Shown here: piece by piece, positions 1 to 10,078 of the stretch
Position numbering within the stretch: the first letter of the stretch is position 1
Layout of the letters: every line of letters begins with the position of its first letter
Source of the DNA: an uncultured Gammaproteobacteria bacterium
Lineage (GTDB): Bacteria; Patescibacteriota; Microgenomatia; Daviesbacterales; UBA10151
Assembly: GCA_964649615.1 (NCBI GenBank)
Contig: CAZYPW010000002.1
Coordinates: 2,969 to 66,968 of the forward strand
Length of the DNA: 64,000 nucleotides
Direction of reading: 5' to 3'
Program-made: the position numbers and the translations under genes
The notes under the pieces: generated by a model
Told to the model about the DNA's origin: nothing
The model's input: the letters and a program-made list of their open reading frames with translations, nothing else
The model's database searches: none

Positions 1-38
1 AGCTTTGTGGGGGGACGAAAGAAGAATTTAAGAAAGAG

Positions 39-1040
39 CTATCTTTTCAACTTTATACCAATATTTTGATGAATTGCTTTTTGGTATACATGATAAGCCA
101 CTGCAATATCTTCCAAAGACATACCAAATGGATTAAAAATTATTATTTCATCATCATTTTCCCGTCCTGGTTTTTTATTTAAAATAATACCTGATAGCTC
201 TGCATGAATAGCAGGGAGTTTACCCTCTCTAAACATCCTTCCGAAGATTCTTTTATCATCATTTTTAACAAGATTCCAGTCATCTACTATTAACTTATCG
301 GCTCTAGTTATAACCTCCGGGAGTAAATCATCTAGTGAGACATGAACCACGAGAGCGCCTTTTTTTAACCAATTATATTTAATGTAACCTGCATTTGTGG
401 TGGTGGTAGTTATAATTATATCTGAATTTATTACTGCTTCTTTAGGATTTTTTGCAACTATAAATTTTTCTTTTAAATTTTTGAACCTTTCAATAAATTT
501 TTTGATAGAAAGCTCGTTTGAATCAAATATATAAATATTTTTAATTTTCTTTAGGTGTTTACTTAGTAAATCTAAATGCGCTTTACCAATTGTACCCAGC
601 CCAATAATTGCTATTGTATTATCCCAATCCTTCTTTCTTAATAAATCTATTCCTAATGCGCTAACGCTTGCAGTTCGGAGTGAAGATATAAAAGAGCCTT
701 CCATCATACAGATAATTTTTGCAGTCAGAGTATCAAAAAGTAAGGTTAAACCACTGGCCCGCTCAATACCCCTTTTAAAATTTGAAATATTCCCATTAAT
801 AATTTTTGTCCCTGCGATTTGGTAATTTGCTCCAATAAACGCAGGCATATTTAAACTTCTTGCTGCTTCTTTTTCTTTATTTGTCCATGATAAATAAGCT
901 TCATCAGGAAGTACTGTATTACCGGTTCCGTGTAGTTTAAAAGCCTCTTCTATAATCTTTACTGTTTCCAGACCTTCGCATATTTTAATAACTTCTTCCT
1001 TGTTTAAATAAAGGATATAATCTTTGTTATCATTTGACAT
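39..1040 (-). CDS. sbnB: Ornithine cyclodeaminase/mu-crystallin family protein, SbnB-like
   Basis: Motifs MPA, RASG, LRTASVS, GLGTIG and GMSLEDIA; divergent from an SbnA-like gene. Start moved to ATG 1040 to avoid overlap. Confidence 0.75.
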   Translation of the reverse strand: MSNDNKDYILYLNKEEVIKICEGLETVKIIEEAFKLHGTGNTVLPDEAYLSWTNKEKEAARSLNMPAFIGANYQIAGTKIINGNISNFKRGIERASGLTLLFDTLTAKIICMMEGSFISSLRTASVSALGIDLLRKKDWDNTIAIIGLGTIGKAHLDLLSKHLKKIKNIYIFDSNELSIKKFIERFKNLKEKFIVAKNPKEAVINSDIIITTTTTNAGYIKYNWLKKGALVVHVSLDDLLPEVITRADKLIVDDWNLVKNDDKRIFGRMFREGKLPAIHAELSGIILNKKPGRENDDEIIIFNPFGMSLEDIAVAYHVYQKAIHQNIGIKLKR

Positions 1041-1059
1041 ATTTACTATACTAGCAGAA

Positions 1060-2010
1060 ATGATATATAACGATCCACTAAAATTAATTGGCAATGCCCC
1101 TTTGGTTAAACTTATTAAAATTAGTAAAAAATTTAATGCTAATTTTTATGTAAAGCTGGAAAAATATAACCTGACAGGATCTGTAAAAGACCGCGCAGCC
1201 TTAGGAATGATAGAAAAGGGAGAAAAGACGGGAGTTCTAAAACCAGGAATGACCCTAATTGAATCCTCATCCGGAAATTTGGGGATCGCTATAGCAGCTA
1301 TATCTAGTATTAAAGGTTATAAGTTTATATGTGTAATTGACCCAAAAACCTCAGCATCCAAGATAAGTATTATCGAAGCTTATGGAGGAAAAGTGCTTTT
1401 GGTTAAAGATAAAGACAAAGACGGTTCTTATGTAAAGATACGGATTAAAAAAGTTAAGGAGTTAGCCAGTAGCAATAAAAACTTCTATAATTTAGACCAA
1501 TACAGTAATCAGGATAATACTCTAGCGCATTTTGAAACAACTGGCCCGGAGATTTTTGATGATTTAAAAGGTAATGTAGATGCCTTGGTGGGAAGTGTTA
1601 GTACATCAGGTACAATGGTTGGTACTGCAAAATTTTTGAAGAGTAGGATTCCTCACCTTTTTGTTATAGAGGTGGAACCTGTAGGATCAATTTTATTTGG
1701 AGGAGAATACAAACCTTATTATCAGCAAGGGCCGGGATTAAGTTTTATACCAAAAATTTTTGATAATTCTATATTTGATGAGTCGGTGAAAGTAAAAGAC
1801 AAAGATGCTTTTAAAACTGCCCATGATCTAGCAAAAAAAGAAGGAATTATCGTAGGAGGATCTTCTGGGGCAGCGGTCTATGCTGCTATAAAAACAAAAA
1901 AGAAGAATGTTGGTTTAAAAAGTATTGTTATAATTTGCCCTGATGGAGGAGAGAGATATTTAGACACTATGTTTTCCAAATCCTGGCTTAAAGAGCGGAA
2001 CTTAATTTAG
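1060..2010 (+). CDS. sbnA: PLP-dependent cysteine synthase family protein, SbnA-like
   Basis: Motifs SVKDR, ESSSGNLG, CVIDPK, QYSN and PDGGERY; adjacent to SbnB-like gene. ATG at 1060. Confidence 0.75.
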   Translation: MIYNDPLKLIGNAPLVKLIKISKKFNANFYVKLEKYNLTGSVKDRAALGMIEKGEKTGVLKPGMTLIESSSGNLGIAIAAISSIKGYKFICVIDPKTSASKISIIEAYGGKVLLVKDKDKDGSYVKIRIKKVKELASSNKNFYNLDQYSNQDNTLAHFETTGPEIFDDLKGNVDALVGSVSTSGTMVGTAKFLKSRIPHLFVIEVEPVGSILFGGEYKPYYQQGPGLSFIPKIFDNSIFDESVKVKDKDAFKTAHDLAKKEGIIVGGSSGAAVYAAIKTKKKNVGLKSIVIICPDGGERYLDTMFSKSWLKERNLI

Positions 2011-2683
2011 GTAGCCTATATTTAATAGGATCTGTTAATCCTAAACTCTGAAAAGCTGCCTGGCGTGATCTACAGTTACTACATCCACCGCAAGCTAGCT
2101 TGCTGGCGTTATGACAGGACCAGGTTTTCTCAAATGGTACGTTTAGAGCTACCCCTGTTTGAATAACCTGAGCTTTATTCATTTCAATCAAAGGAGCAGT
2201 GATTGCAATATCAGTTTTGATCATTGTGCCAAGTTGAGTCAGACGCTGAAAAGCCTCGATAAACGCAGGTGAATTATCAGGGGCTATCCGGTCACTGCCT
2301 GTTGAACCAATGTATACTCTATCAGCACCTAAAACTTCAGCTAGAGCTACTCCAACTGCAAGAAGCAGGGAATTCCTAAAAGGGACATATTCAAATTTCT
2401 CATTTGCCTGTGTAAGAGAAACATCTCTTCTAAATAATCCAGAACCTCCAAAGCTTCTTAACCAGGGTAATCTGACTACATCCAAACTAATTGCTTGAAA
2501 GTGTTCTGCCAAACTAACTGCGCTTTTTCTTTCCCTACCTTGAGTTTTTTGTCCATAATCTACAAACAGAAATTTGGCATCAAAACCATCCCTTTTAGCA
2601 ATGGCTACAGTTACAGCACTGTCTAAACCACCACTTACTAAACAAACAGCTAATGGTTTTGATTCAGGAGATCTGGCATTCAT
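1988..2683 (-). CDS. queC: 7-cyano-7-deazaguanine synthase-like PP-loop ATPase
   Basis: SGGLDS, YGQK, YVPFRN and SC..CGGCSNC zinc site. Start probably ATG 2683. Confidence 0.85.
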   Translation of the reverse strand: MNARSPESKPLAVCLVSGGLDSAVTVAIAKRDGFDAKFLFVDYGQKTQGRERKSAVSLAEHFQAISLDVVRLPWLRSFGGSGLFRRDVSLTQANEKFEYVPFRNSLLLAVGVALAEVLGADRVYIGSTGSDRIAPDNSPAFIEAFQRLTQLGTMIKTDIAITAPLIEMNKAQVIQTGVALNVPFEKTWSCHNASKLACGGCSNCRSRQAAFQSLGLTDPIKYRLPKLSSAL

Positions 2684-2726
2684 AATAATTGGGGTTATAA
2701 TAACAGTCAAAATAGCAAATATCAAT

Positions 2727-3848
2727 ATGATGAAAGCTGCAAATTTAAGCTGGTTAGAAATTGACCTAAAAAAATTTAGAGAAAATATAAAGCTGATGTT
2801 TTCTGTTTTATCTCCCAAAACAAAATATATGCTAATGGTAAAAGGTAATGCTTACGGACATGGATTAATTGAAATCTCCAAAATTGCGGTTGATGAAGGA
2901 GCATCATTTCTTGGCGTATCTTCACTAAAAGAGGCTATTGAACTTAGAGTTAATAGTATAAAAATTCCTGTTTTATTGCTTTCTGAAGCAGAGCCAAATT
3001 TTATACCAGATATCATAAAATATAAAATCACACCTACAGTTTATAATTTATCCTACGTCTTAGCTTTGACAAAAGTTGCTAAACAGAAAAATAAAATTAT
3101 ACCTATACATATTAAAATTGATACAGGTTTAAACAGGTTTGGCTTTAAAGTAAATCAAGTATTGCAAGATATCGTAAAAGTTTCCCAATTCAAAAACCTT
3201 CAAATTGAGGGAATATTTACTCACTTTGCAGATGCAATAAATGATTTGAAATTAGCTAAAGAGCACCTTAGCTTATTTAATAAATTATGCAAAGAGGTTA
3301 ACTCTTATGGTATTTATCCCAAGTACAGACATACAGCAAACAGCCCGGCATTGGTTTGGCTAAAAGAATCGCATTTAGATTTAGTGAGATTTGGCCTTGC
3401 CACTTACGGCTTACAGCCATCTTTAACAAAAAAGTATCCTCTGCCAATACAACCTGCATTAACCTGGAAAACTAAAATTATGCAGATTAAATATGTAAAG
3501 ATTGGTGAATACATAGGATATGGTAAAACTTTTAAAGCCAAAAAGGATATGACCATTGCTGTAATAGGAGTAGGTTATGCAGATGGTTTTAGAAGATCAC
3601 CATTAAATTACAGAAACGTTTTAGTTCATGGAGAAAAAGTTTCAATTGTTGGTCAGGTAACTATGAATTTTACTATGATTGATGTAACTAAGCTGAAACG
3701 CTTGAAGCTTTATGATGAGGTGGTAATTATAGGTAAACAAAAAGATTCCGTTATTACATTAGAAGAAATTGCTACTATATCCGAAACAATAAATGAAGAA
3801 ATTGTCACTGCTATTTCTGCCCTTATCCCGCGAATTTATCTTAAATAA
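2727..3848 (+). CDS. alr: Alanine racemase family protein with variant active-site loop
   Basis: VKGNAYGHG, HIKIDTGLNRFG, GYG and GYADG. Start probably ATG 2727. Confidence 0.85.
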   Translation: MMKAANLSWLEIDLKKFRENIKLMFSVLSPKTKYMLMVKGNAYGHGLIEISKIAVDEGASFLGVSSLKEAIELRVNSIKIPVLLLSEAEPNFIPDIIKYKITPTVYNLSYVLALTKVAKQKNKIIPIHIKIDTGLNRFGFKVNQVLQDIVKVSQFKNLQIEGIFTHFADAINDLKLAKEHLSLFNKLCKEVNSYGIYPKYRHTANSPALVWLKESHLDLVRFGLATYGLQPSLTKKYPLPIQPALTWKTKIMQIKYVKIGEYIGYGKTFKAKKDMTIAVIGVGYADGFRRSPLNYRNVLVHGEKVSIVGQVTMNFTMIDVTKLKRLKLYDEVVIIGKQKDSVITLEEIATISETINEEIVTAISALIPRIYLK

Positions 3849-3889
3849 GCATATTATGTTATTATTGGCAATGAAAATTACTCAAACCT

Positions 3890-4774
3890 ATGGTTGAAAA
3901 GGGTAGAGATATTACTGTTGTAATAGCAAGTTCTGAAGACGAAGCAGTTTTTAACTGTATTGACTCAGTTAGAGATGAGGCAAGAATTGCTGTATCACTT
4001 ACTCCATATGCCTCAATAGAAACTAGGCTTTCAAAAATGGGTATCCCTTTTGTAGTAGTACCGAGGGGAAATTTGGGTGTAACTTTTAATGCCGGAATTG
4101 AACTGGCTACAACAAACAAAGTCATAGTTATGACTGATGACGCTGCATTTAAACCAGAAGCCATTAGGAAATTAGCAGAAGGGCTAGAACAATATGATGC
4201 ATGCAAAGCAAGGCTCTCGTTTCAATATGATGACGCTCATCCATTAAGCAAAGTTGTAGCAAGTGCCAGAGATTTTATTAATTCCTCTCCAACTAGGGTA
4301 TTTACTCCGGGTCTAGCTTTAAGGAAAGATATCAGAGATCGTATGGGAGGCCATTTTTTTAATGAACAGGTTAGATGGGCAGAAGATTCTGAATTTTCCT
4401 ATAGATTTCATAGGAATGGGTTGAGCTTTGGTTATATTCAGGATGCAGTTGTCACTCATCCTGCAGTTTCATTAAAACATGATTTAAGAGGTGCTTTTTT
4501 GATAGGATTGAGTAAAAGAAGGGCTGTTGATTTAGGACTAAGGAAAGGAGATGAAGACGTTGTACCTACATTCAAAAGAATTCTTTCAGGAGAGACTTTT
4601 GGAAGAAAAAGCAGACTATTTAGAGAAAAAGGGGCTAGTACATTGGTTTACATGCTCCTTTGGGATTCTGCTTATAATATCGGTTATAACTTGAGAAGAT
4701 TAGGGCTATCAGGCCCAATAGAAGATAGAATATGGCAGGACTTTGGTAGGGATCAACGTAATATAGTAAATTAA
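3890..4774 (+). CDS. Glycosyltransferase family 2
   Basis: GT-A pattern: ITVVIA, FNAGI, TDDA and AEDSEF. Confidence 0.75.
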   Translation: MVEKGRDITVVIASSEDEAVFNCIDSVRDEARIAVSLTPYASIETRLSKMGIPFVVVPRGNLGVTFNAGIELATTNKVIVMTDDAAFKPEAIRKLAEGLEQYDACKARLSFQYDDAHPLSKVVASARDFINSSPTRVFTPGLALRKDIRDRMGGHFFNEQVRWAEDSEFSYRFHRNGLSFGYIQDAVVTHPAVSLKHDLRGAFLIGLSKRRAVDLGLRKGDEDVVPTFKRILSGETFGRKSRLFREKGASTLVYMLLWDSAYNIGYNLRRLGLSGPIEDRIWQDFGRDQRNIVN

Positions 4775-4782
4775 TTTTTATT

Positions 4783-6465
4783 ATGGGAAAAGAACAGGTA
4801 ATCTTAGGTATAAACGGTTACTCAAGAAGAACCCATAATGCTTCAGCGTGCATCGTGATTAATGGTGAATTGGTAGCCATGGCAGAAGAAGAAAGATTCT
4901 CAAGAAGGAAAAATGCCTTTGGTGAAGTTCCACACCATGCTATAGCTTTTTGTCTTGATAAAACTGGTATATCTGTAGATGAGGTGGAAAGTATAGCTGT
5001 AGGCTGGAATTTTGATAAAGTATTTGGAAATATAGGTTCCAGACCACCTACTAAGGATGACCTCCTAGACCTTTATTTACCTAAGGATAGATTTAAATAT
5101 TCCAAAAGACCAGAATTAGAAATGGTTCCACACCATATGGCTCACGCTGCTTCAGCATACTACTTATCCGGTATGCCTGAATCATTAATACTGGTTATTG
5201 ATGGGCAAGGGGAAACACAATCAACCAGTGTATTTATTGGTAAAGGTAAGGATATCTCACTTATCAAAGAGTTTGGGGTAACAGATTCGCTTGGCTATTT
5301 TTATGAGGCTGTATCTGAATATGTAGGTTTATCAAGGCTTGATGCGGGTAAAACAATGGGATTAGCAAGTTATGGTAATCCAAGGTATAGATTTGGCTTA
5401 TTTGAAATGGGCAGTTCGGGTTATTTAGTTAATATGGGTCAACCAGTCCAAACAGAAATGGATTTACAACAGGAAGTTACCAATTCCTGGAGAAACTATT
5501 TAGAAAATACATTTGGACCAAGGAATAGAGGGCAATTAGTATACGATCCAGCTACAACAAGATTTAAGAGAGAAATTTCTTTTAATGAAAGCTATAAAGA
5601 TATCGCTGCTTCTGCTCAGAAAACTTTAGAGGCTGTAATTAGGCATTTAATCACTCTATATTCAGGTGAATATCAGATGAGTAATTTATGTATTGCAGGA
5701 GGGGTAGGTCTAAATTGTTCAATGAATGGAGCAATTGCCAGAGAAGAGATTGTTAGAGATCTATTTGTGCCTCCATTTTCTGACGACGCAGGGGTATCAG
5801 TTGGCGCAGCTTTATATTTATCTGACCAAAAACCCTCTTCCAGATTAGAATCAGCATCACTCGGACCTGAATTTTCAAATGAAGCAATTATTGCTACTCT
5901 TGAACTACTCGGAATTAATTACAGGTTAGTAGACGATATTGGAAGCATTGTGGCTAAACTTCTCGCGGAGGATAAAATAGTTGACTGGTTTCAGGGAAGA
6001 ATGGAGGCAGGACCAAGAGCTTTAGGAAATCGAAGCATATTGGGAAATCCTGCAAATAGAACAACGCATGATAGATTAAACGTAATAAAAAATCGGGAAA
6101 GCTGGAGACCTCTTGCGCCCAGCTTTTTAGCTGAAGGGCTAGCCGACTATATGATACATCCTTCAGATTCACCATTTATGTTAAGAGCTTTCATTGTACG
6201 GTCAGACCGAGTAGATGAAATACCTGCAGCTGTCCATATAGATGGAACTTCAAGAGCACAAACAGTAACAGAAAAAGATAACCCTTTATATTACAGATTA
6301 ATTAGGGATTTCCAACGGATTAGCGGTATCCCTGCTGTTATGAATACATCTTTTAATCTGGATTTTGAACCAATAGTTTGCTCACCTCATGATGCAATAA
6401 GAACTTTTTATTCAAGTGGCGCTGACTATTTAGCTATTGGGGATGCACTTATTTCAAAAAAGTAA
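4783..6465 (+). CDS. O-carbamoyltransferase, NodU/CmcH/TobZ family
   Basis: EEERFSR, HHMAHA, DGQGE, GKTMGLASYG, GPRALGNRS and NTSFN. Confidence 0.92.
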   Translation: MGKEQVILGINGYSRRTHNASACIVINGELVAMAEEERFSRRKNAFGEVPHHAIAFCLDKTGISVDEVESIAVGWNFDKVFGNIGSRPPTKDDLLDLYLPKDRFKYSKRPELEMVPHHMAHAASAYYLSGMPESLILVIDGQGETQSTSVFIGKGKDISLIKEFGVTDSLGYFYEAVSEYVGLSRLDAGKTMGLASYGNPRYRFGLFEMGSSGYLVNMGQPVQTEMDLQQEVTNSWRNYLENTFGPRNRGQLVYDPATTRFKREISFNESYKDIAASAQKTLEAVIRHLITLYSGEYQMSNLCIAGGVGLNCSMNGAIAREEIVRDLFVPPFSDDAGVSVGAALYLSDQKPSSRLESASLGPEFSNEAIIATLELLGINYRLVDDIGSIVAKLLAEDKIVDWFQGRMEAGPRALGNRSILGNPANRTTHDRLNVIKNRESWRPLAPSFLAEGLADYMIHPSDSPFMLRAFIVRSDRVDEIPAAVHIDGTSRAQTVTEKDNPLYYRLIRDFQRISGIPAVMNTSFNLDFEPIVCSPHDAIRTFYSSGADYLAIGDALISKK

Positions 6466-6477
6466 TTATTAAAGTTT

Positions 6478-7149
6478 ATGGAAAAAGAAAAGAGGACGAA
6501 TTATAGAGTAAAAACTCCTAGCATTTGGCCTGCCGCAAACCAGAGGTTTTTTAGATTTTTGAAAGGAATTGAAGACAGAAATTTTCCTAAAACCTTGGCT
6601 ATTTTGGGCTGCTCAGATGGGAGTTATGTATTGCCCGCAGCAAAAAGAGGGTTTGCAGTGCTTGCAATAGATACTGACCATGTGGCTTTATATGGAGGTG
6701 TTATTCCGCTTTATAGAAATAATGTTGAAGTAATGGGTTTAACAAACAGACTTAAAGTAGAGGGTATTGAAAGCCAGGTAACAGTTGTATGCGATGATTG
6801 CTTTTCATATAATCCAAGAAATACTTTCTCAGGAGTATTTACCAGTGGTTTGATCCATTATCAAGATAATTCCCACTATCCGTTAAGCCAAATTATCAAT
6901 GGTATTCAATCATATGTAGCTCCGGGAGGTTTATTGATTATGGAATATATTCATCCTTCTGATGAAAATAATGATCCATTAAGACATTTCCCAACTGCGA
7001 AAGAATTGGTACAATACTTCCAGGTAAAAGACTGGAAAGTTACGAGTAACAAGAAAAAAAGGTATACTGAAGGTCCAAATCCTCGCAACCCACGTATTCA
7101 TGATATTGTATGGGGAAGGTTATATGCACAAAAACTTAAGTCAAATTAA
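6478..7149 (+). CDS. Class I SAM-dependent methyltransferase
   Basis: ILGCSDG glycine loop, VLAID and PGGLL. Confidence 0.65.
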   Translation: MEKEKRTNYRVKTPSIWPAANQRFFRFLKGIEDRNFPKTLAILGCSDGSYVLPAAKRGFAVLAIDTDHVALYGGVIPLYRNNVEVMGLTNRLKVEGIESQVTVVCDDCFSYNPRNTFSGVFTSGLIHYQDNSHYPLSQIINGIQSYVAPGGLLIMEYIHPSDENNDPLRHFPTAKELVQYFQVKDWKVTSNKKKRYTEGPNPRNPRIHDIVWGRLYAQKLKSN

Positions 7150-7885
7150 TTTGAAGCAGTTAAAAAAAAATTATGATGAGATAGGCATCCGGGTCGGTTG
7201 GGATTTCTCACGAATGAAAGATGAAAAAGAGTCTGCTCCATGGGACTATATTGAGATCGTGATTCGATATATTAAATCAACAGATTATGTTCTAGATATT
7301 GGTACAGGCGGTGGAGAAAAGTTCATTAAGTTATCCCAATATTTTTCCAAAGGAGTGGGTATTGATCCTTATCCAGAAATGATTAATACAGCGAAAAATA
7401 ACGCTGCTAAAAGCAATAATACTAAACTCTCTTTTGAATTGATGGGTGCAGAAGATATTCAGTTTCAGGAAAATACCTTTGATACTGTCCTTAACCGTCA
7501 TGCTCTAGTTGTTCCAAAGGAGGTAGTTAGAGTTTTAAAACCTGGTGGATATTTTATAACTCAACAAGTAGCAAAAAATAATATGCAAAATATAAAACAA
7601 GTTTTTAATTATAGAAAGACTTGGCAAAACGACGCACTTACTCTAAGTCGTGATTTTGAAAAAAATGGATGTAGGGTTATTGCCACAGGGAAATACAACA
7701 TCAATTATTGGGTAAAGGATCTTGAGTCACTGGTTTTCTGGTTAAAAGCAGTTGATTTACCCGAAAATTTTAATATCGAAGATCATGGTTTACAGTTACT
7801 GAAGTTTATTAAACAATACACGACACCAAAAGGATTTATAACTAATGAATCCAGGGAGTTTTTAATAGCCCAAAAAGTAAAATGA
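7124..7885 (+). CDS. Class I SAM-dependent methyltransferase
   Basis: VLDIGTGGG and RVLKPGGYFITQQV. Start codon uncertain. Confidence 0.85.
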   Translation: MHKNLSQINLKQLKKNYDEIGIRVGWDFSRMKDEKESAPWDYIEIVIRYIKSTDYVLDIGTGGGEKFIKLSQYFSKGVGIDPYPEMINTAKNNAAKSNNTKLSFELMGAEDIQFQENTFDTVLNRHALVVPKEVVRVLKPGGYFITQQVAKNNMQNIKQVFNYRKTWQNDALTLSRDFEKNGCRVIATGKYNINYWVKDLESLVFWLKAVDLPENFNIEDHGLQLLKFIKQYTTPKGFITNESREFLIAQKVK

Positions 7886-9144
7886 CAGAACGTTTTAAGG
7901 ATCTACAAGCAGAATTAATTGAGGGGGCTCGAATTCAGGATGCTTACGATTTAAATACTATCAATTTGATTGCTCCTGCCAGCCCAACACTTTTAAAATA
8001 TTTTTACAATCTTCCTCTTAGGCATAATGCTATAGCTGAGGGCTTATTAGGACGCAGACCTTATGCTGGAGTTGAAGGCTTTAACAAAATTGAAGCAATT
8101 GCTGTCGAGGCAGCATGTTTATTATTTGGAGCAGAACATGCTAATGTTCAACCTCATTCTGTTAGTCAGGCAAATCAAGCTGTATATCAGGCACTTTTGG
8201 GAAATGGAGATCGAGTACTGGCTATGAAGTTTGAGGACGGAGGACATTTAACCCATGGCCTAAAGACTAATTTTTCCGGACGTTTTTTTGATTTTGATTT
8301 TTATGGAGTTGATCGGACAACTGGTTTAATAGATTATGATGCCCTAGAGAAACAGGCAAAAGATTTTAAGCCTAAATTAATTGTCTGCGGTGCTTCTTCT
8401 TATCCTAGAGCAATTGATTTTGAAAGATTAGCCGATATCTCAGCTAAAGTAGGCGCCTATTTAATGGCAGATTTATCCCATCCTGCTGGATTGATTGTGG
8501 CAAAAAGGTTTCTTCAACCTTTTCCTCATTGCGATGTCGTTACATTTACCCCTGATAAAACCATGCTTGGTCCTCACGGGGGGATAATTCTTTGTAAGGA
8601 TACCTTAAGTGAACAAGTAGATAAAGGCGTTCATCCCGGGGTCCAATCAAGTGTGCCCTTGAGAAGAATTTATGAAATGGCTCAATGTATGATTGATGCC
8701 AGTAAGCCAGAGTTTCAAGATTATATTGACCGGGTCATTAAAAATATCAAAGCATTTGAACAGGTATTTTTGGATAGTCCAGGCATGATGGTAACAGGTG
8801 GAAGCGATACCCATTTAATGGTTATAAATACAAGAGATACTTTTGGCTTAACTGGTAGGGATTCAGAGGGAGTATTAGAGAGTATTGGTATTCTGACTAA
8901 CCGCCAGGTAATTCCAGGAGAAAAACTTAGGCCTTACGTAGCCAGCGGGCTTAGGTTTGGTACTTCTTGGATAACAGCTAGAGGTTATGATCAGGCGGAG
9001 ACAGCGGTTGTCGCGGGAATAATGTTAGATAATCTATCTAATCCAAAAAATCCTGTGGTGCAAGAAAGATCTAGGAATTTAGTTAATGATCTTCTGCAAA
9101 TCAGGAGAGAAAAAGATGTCTGGCTTGAGGAAGGTAGTAAATAG
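7882..9144 (+). CDS. Serine hydroxymethyltransferase-like PLP enzyme (divergent; possible transaldolase)
   Basis: NVQPHS, GGHLTHG, GASSYPR and SGLRFGT. PLP lysine motif reads FTPDKTMLGPHGG. Confidence 0.8.
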   Translation: MTERFKDLQAELIEGARIQDAYDLNTINLIAPASPTLLKYFYNLPLRHNAIAEGLLGRRPYAGVEGFNKIEAIAVEAACLLFGAEHANVQPHSVSQANQAVYQALLGNGDRVLAMKFEDGGHLTHGLKTNFSGRFFDFDFYGVDRTTGLIDYDALEKQAKDFKPKLIVCGASSYPRAIDFERLADISAKVGAYLMADLSHPAGLIVAKRFLQPFPHCDVVTFTPDKTMLGPHGGIILCKDTLSEQVDKGVHPGVQSSVPLRRIYEMAQCMIDASKPEFQDYIDRVIKNIKAFEQVFLDSPGMMVTGGSDTHLMVINTRDTFGLTGRDSEGVLESIGILTNRQVIPGEKLRPYVASGLRFGTSWITARGYDQAETAVVAGIMLDNLSNPKNPVVQERSRNLVNDLLQIRREKDVWLEEGSK

Positions 9145-9145
9145 T

Positions 9146-10078
9146 ATGCCAAGAATAGAAGAACAATCACTTGCGATAACCATGGCCAGTGACGAAAAAT
9201 ATATTCCTTATATAACTACTGCTCTAAGAAGCATAAGAAGATATAACACCACCATCCAGATTGATGTTTATAGTTGTGCAAATATCAGACCACTTCTTCC
9301 TTTGGATGGGGTTAACGCTAGATTCCATGAGGTAACAGTGCCGAAAAAGCTCACTGCTTCTTTGGATGGGGAAGAGCTAGCTCATGCTTCAACAAGGGTG
9401 GCGAAGCTAGAATCGCTTACCCAAAGGGGTACTGATAAATTAATGTATGTCGATTGCGATATCGTTGTACTGGATGATTTAGGAAAGATAACTCAAGAAC
9501 TGCCAGTTGATGGTAGCGACAATCCAATAGTTTACATGCTTTTAAGACGACCCGATCTTCTATCAGTAAACGATCTTAGTTGGCTTTACTTTAGAGATAG
9601 TTCCCAATTATCAAACCAGCAAATGACCGGATTGGTCAACGATACTTTTTCTTTAGACTATTCTACCGAGAGATTTCAAGCTCTTAGATGCTGGAATGGA
9701 GGCCTTGTATATGGTTCAACCCAAGGGGTTAATATTCTTGGGGACTTATGGAAGGATTACTATAACCGAATGCTGACACATAGAGATAGAGGTTCGTTCA
9801 TTCCCAACGACCAGCTTTGTCTTTGGTTAGCAGCCGAGCAACTGGAAAAAGTACTAACAATAAGAGAACTACCCCTAGCTTGGAACTTTATGCCAGGACA
9901 TGCACTGGAAGAAGTTATGGGAAAAGCAGATCCAAAACTTGAGGAAATTAAGAAAGCTTTAGGTGGGGTAAAAATTCTGCATTTCGCACAGAATAAAACT
10001 GATCCGTGGGTTCAAGTCCTTGTGGATGATATTAATTCAGAAAAAGGTAGCAGCTTTCAAGGAAGCACTACACCATGA
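9146..10078 (+). CDS. Glycosyltransferase family 8-like
   Basis: ASDEKY, YVDCDIVV, NGGL, NDQ, WNF and ILHF. Confidence 0.75.
   Translation: MPRIEEQSLAITMASDEKYIPYITTALRSIRRYNTTIQIDVYSCANIRPLLPLDGVNARFHEVTVPKKLTASLDGEELAHASTRVAKLESLTQRGTDKLMYVDCDIVVLDDLGKITQELPVDGSDNPIVYMLLRRPDLLSVNDLSWLYFRDSSQLSNQQMTGLVNDTFSLDYSTERFQALRCWNGGLVYGSTQGVNILGDLWKDYYNRMLTHRDRGSFIPNDQLCLWLAAEQLEKVLTIRELPLAWNFMPGHALEEVMGKADPKLEEIKKALGGVKILHFAQNKTDPWVQVLVDDINSEKGSSFQGSTTP

Noticed and set aside
1024-2818. Long N-terminal extensions and head-to-head overlaps in the ORF track (sbnB/sbnA, queC/alr)
   Set aside because: Family motifs begin after downstream ATGs (1040, 1060, 2683, 2727), which removes the overlaps.
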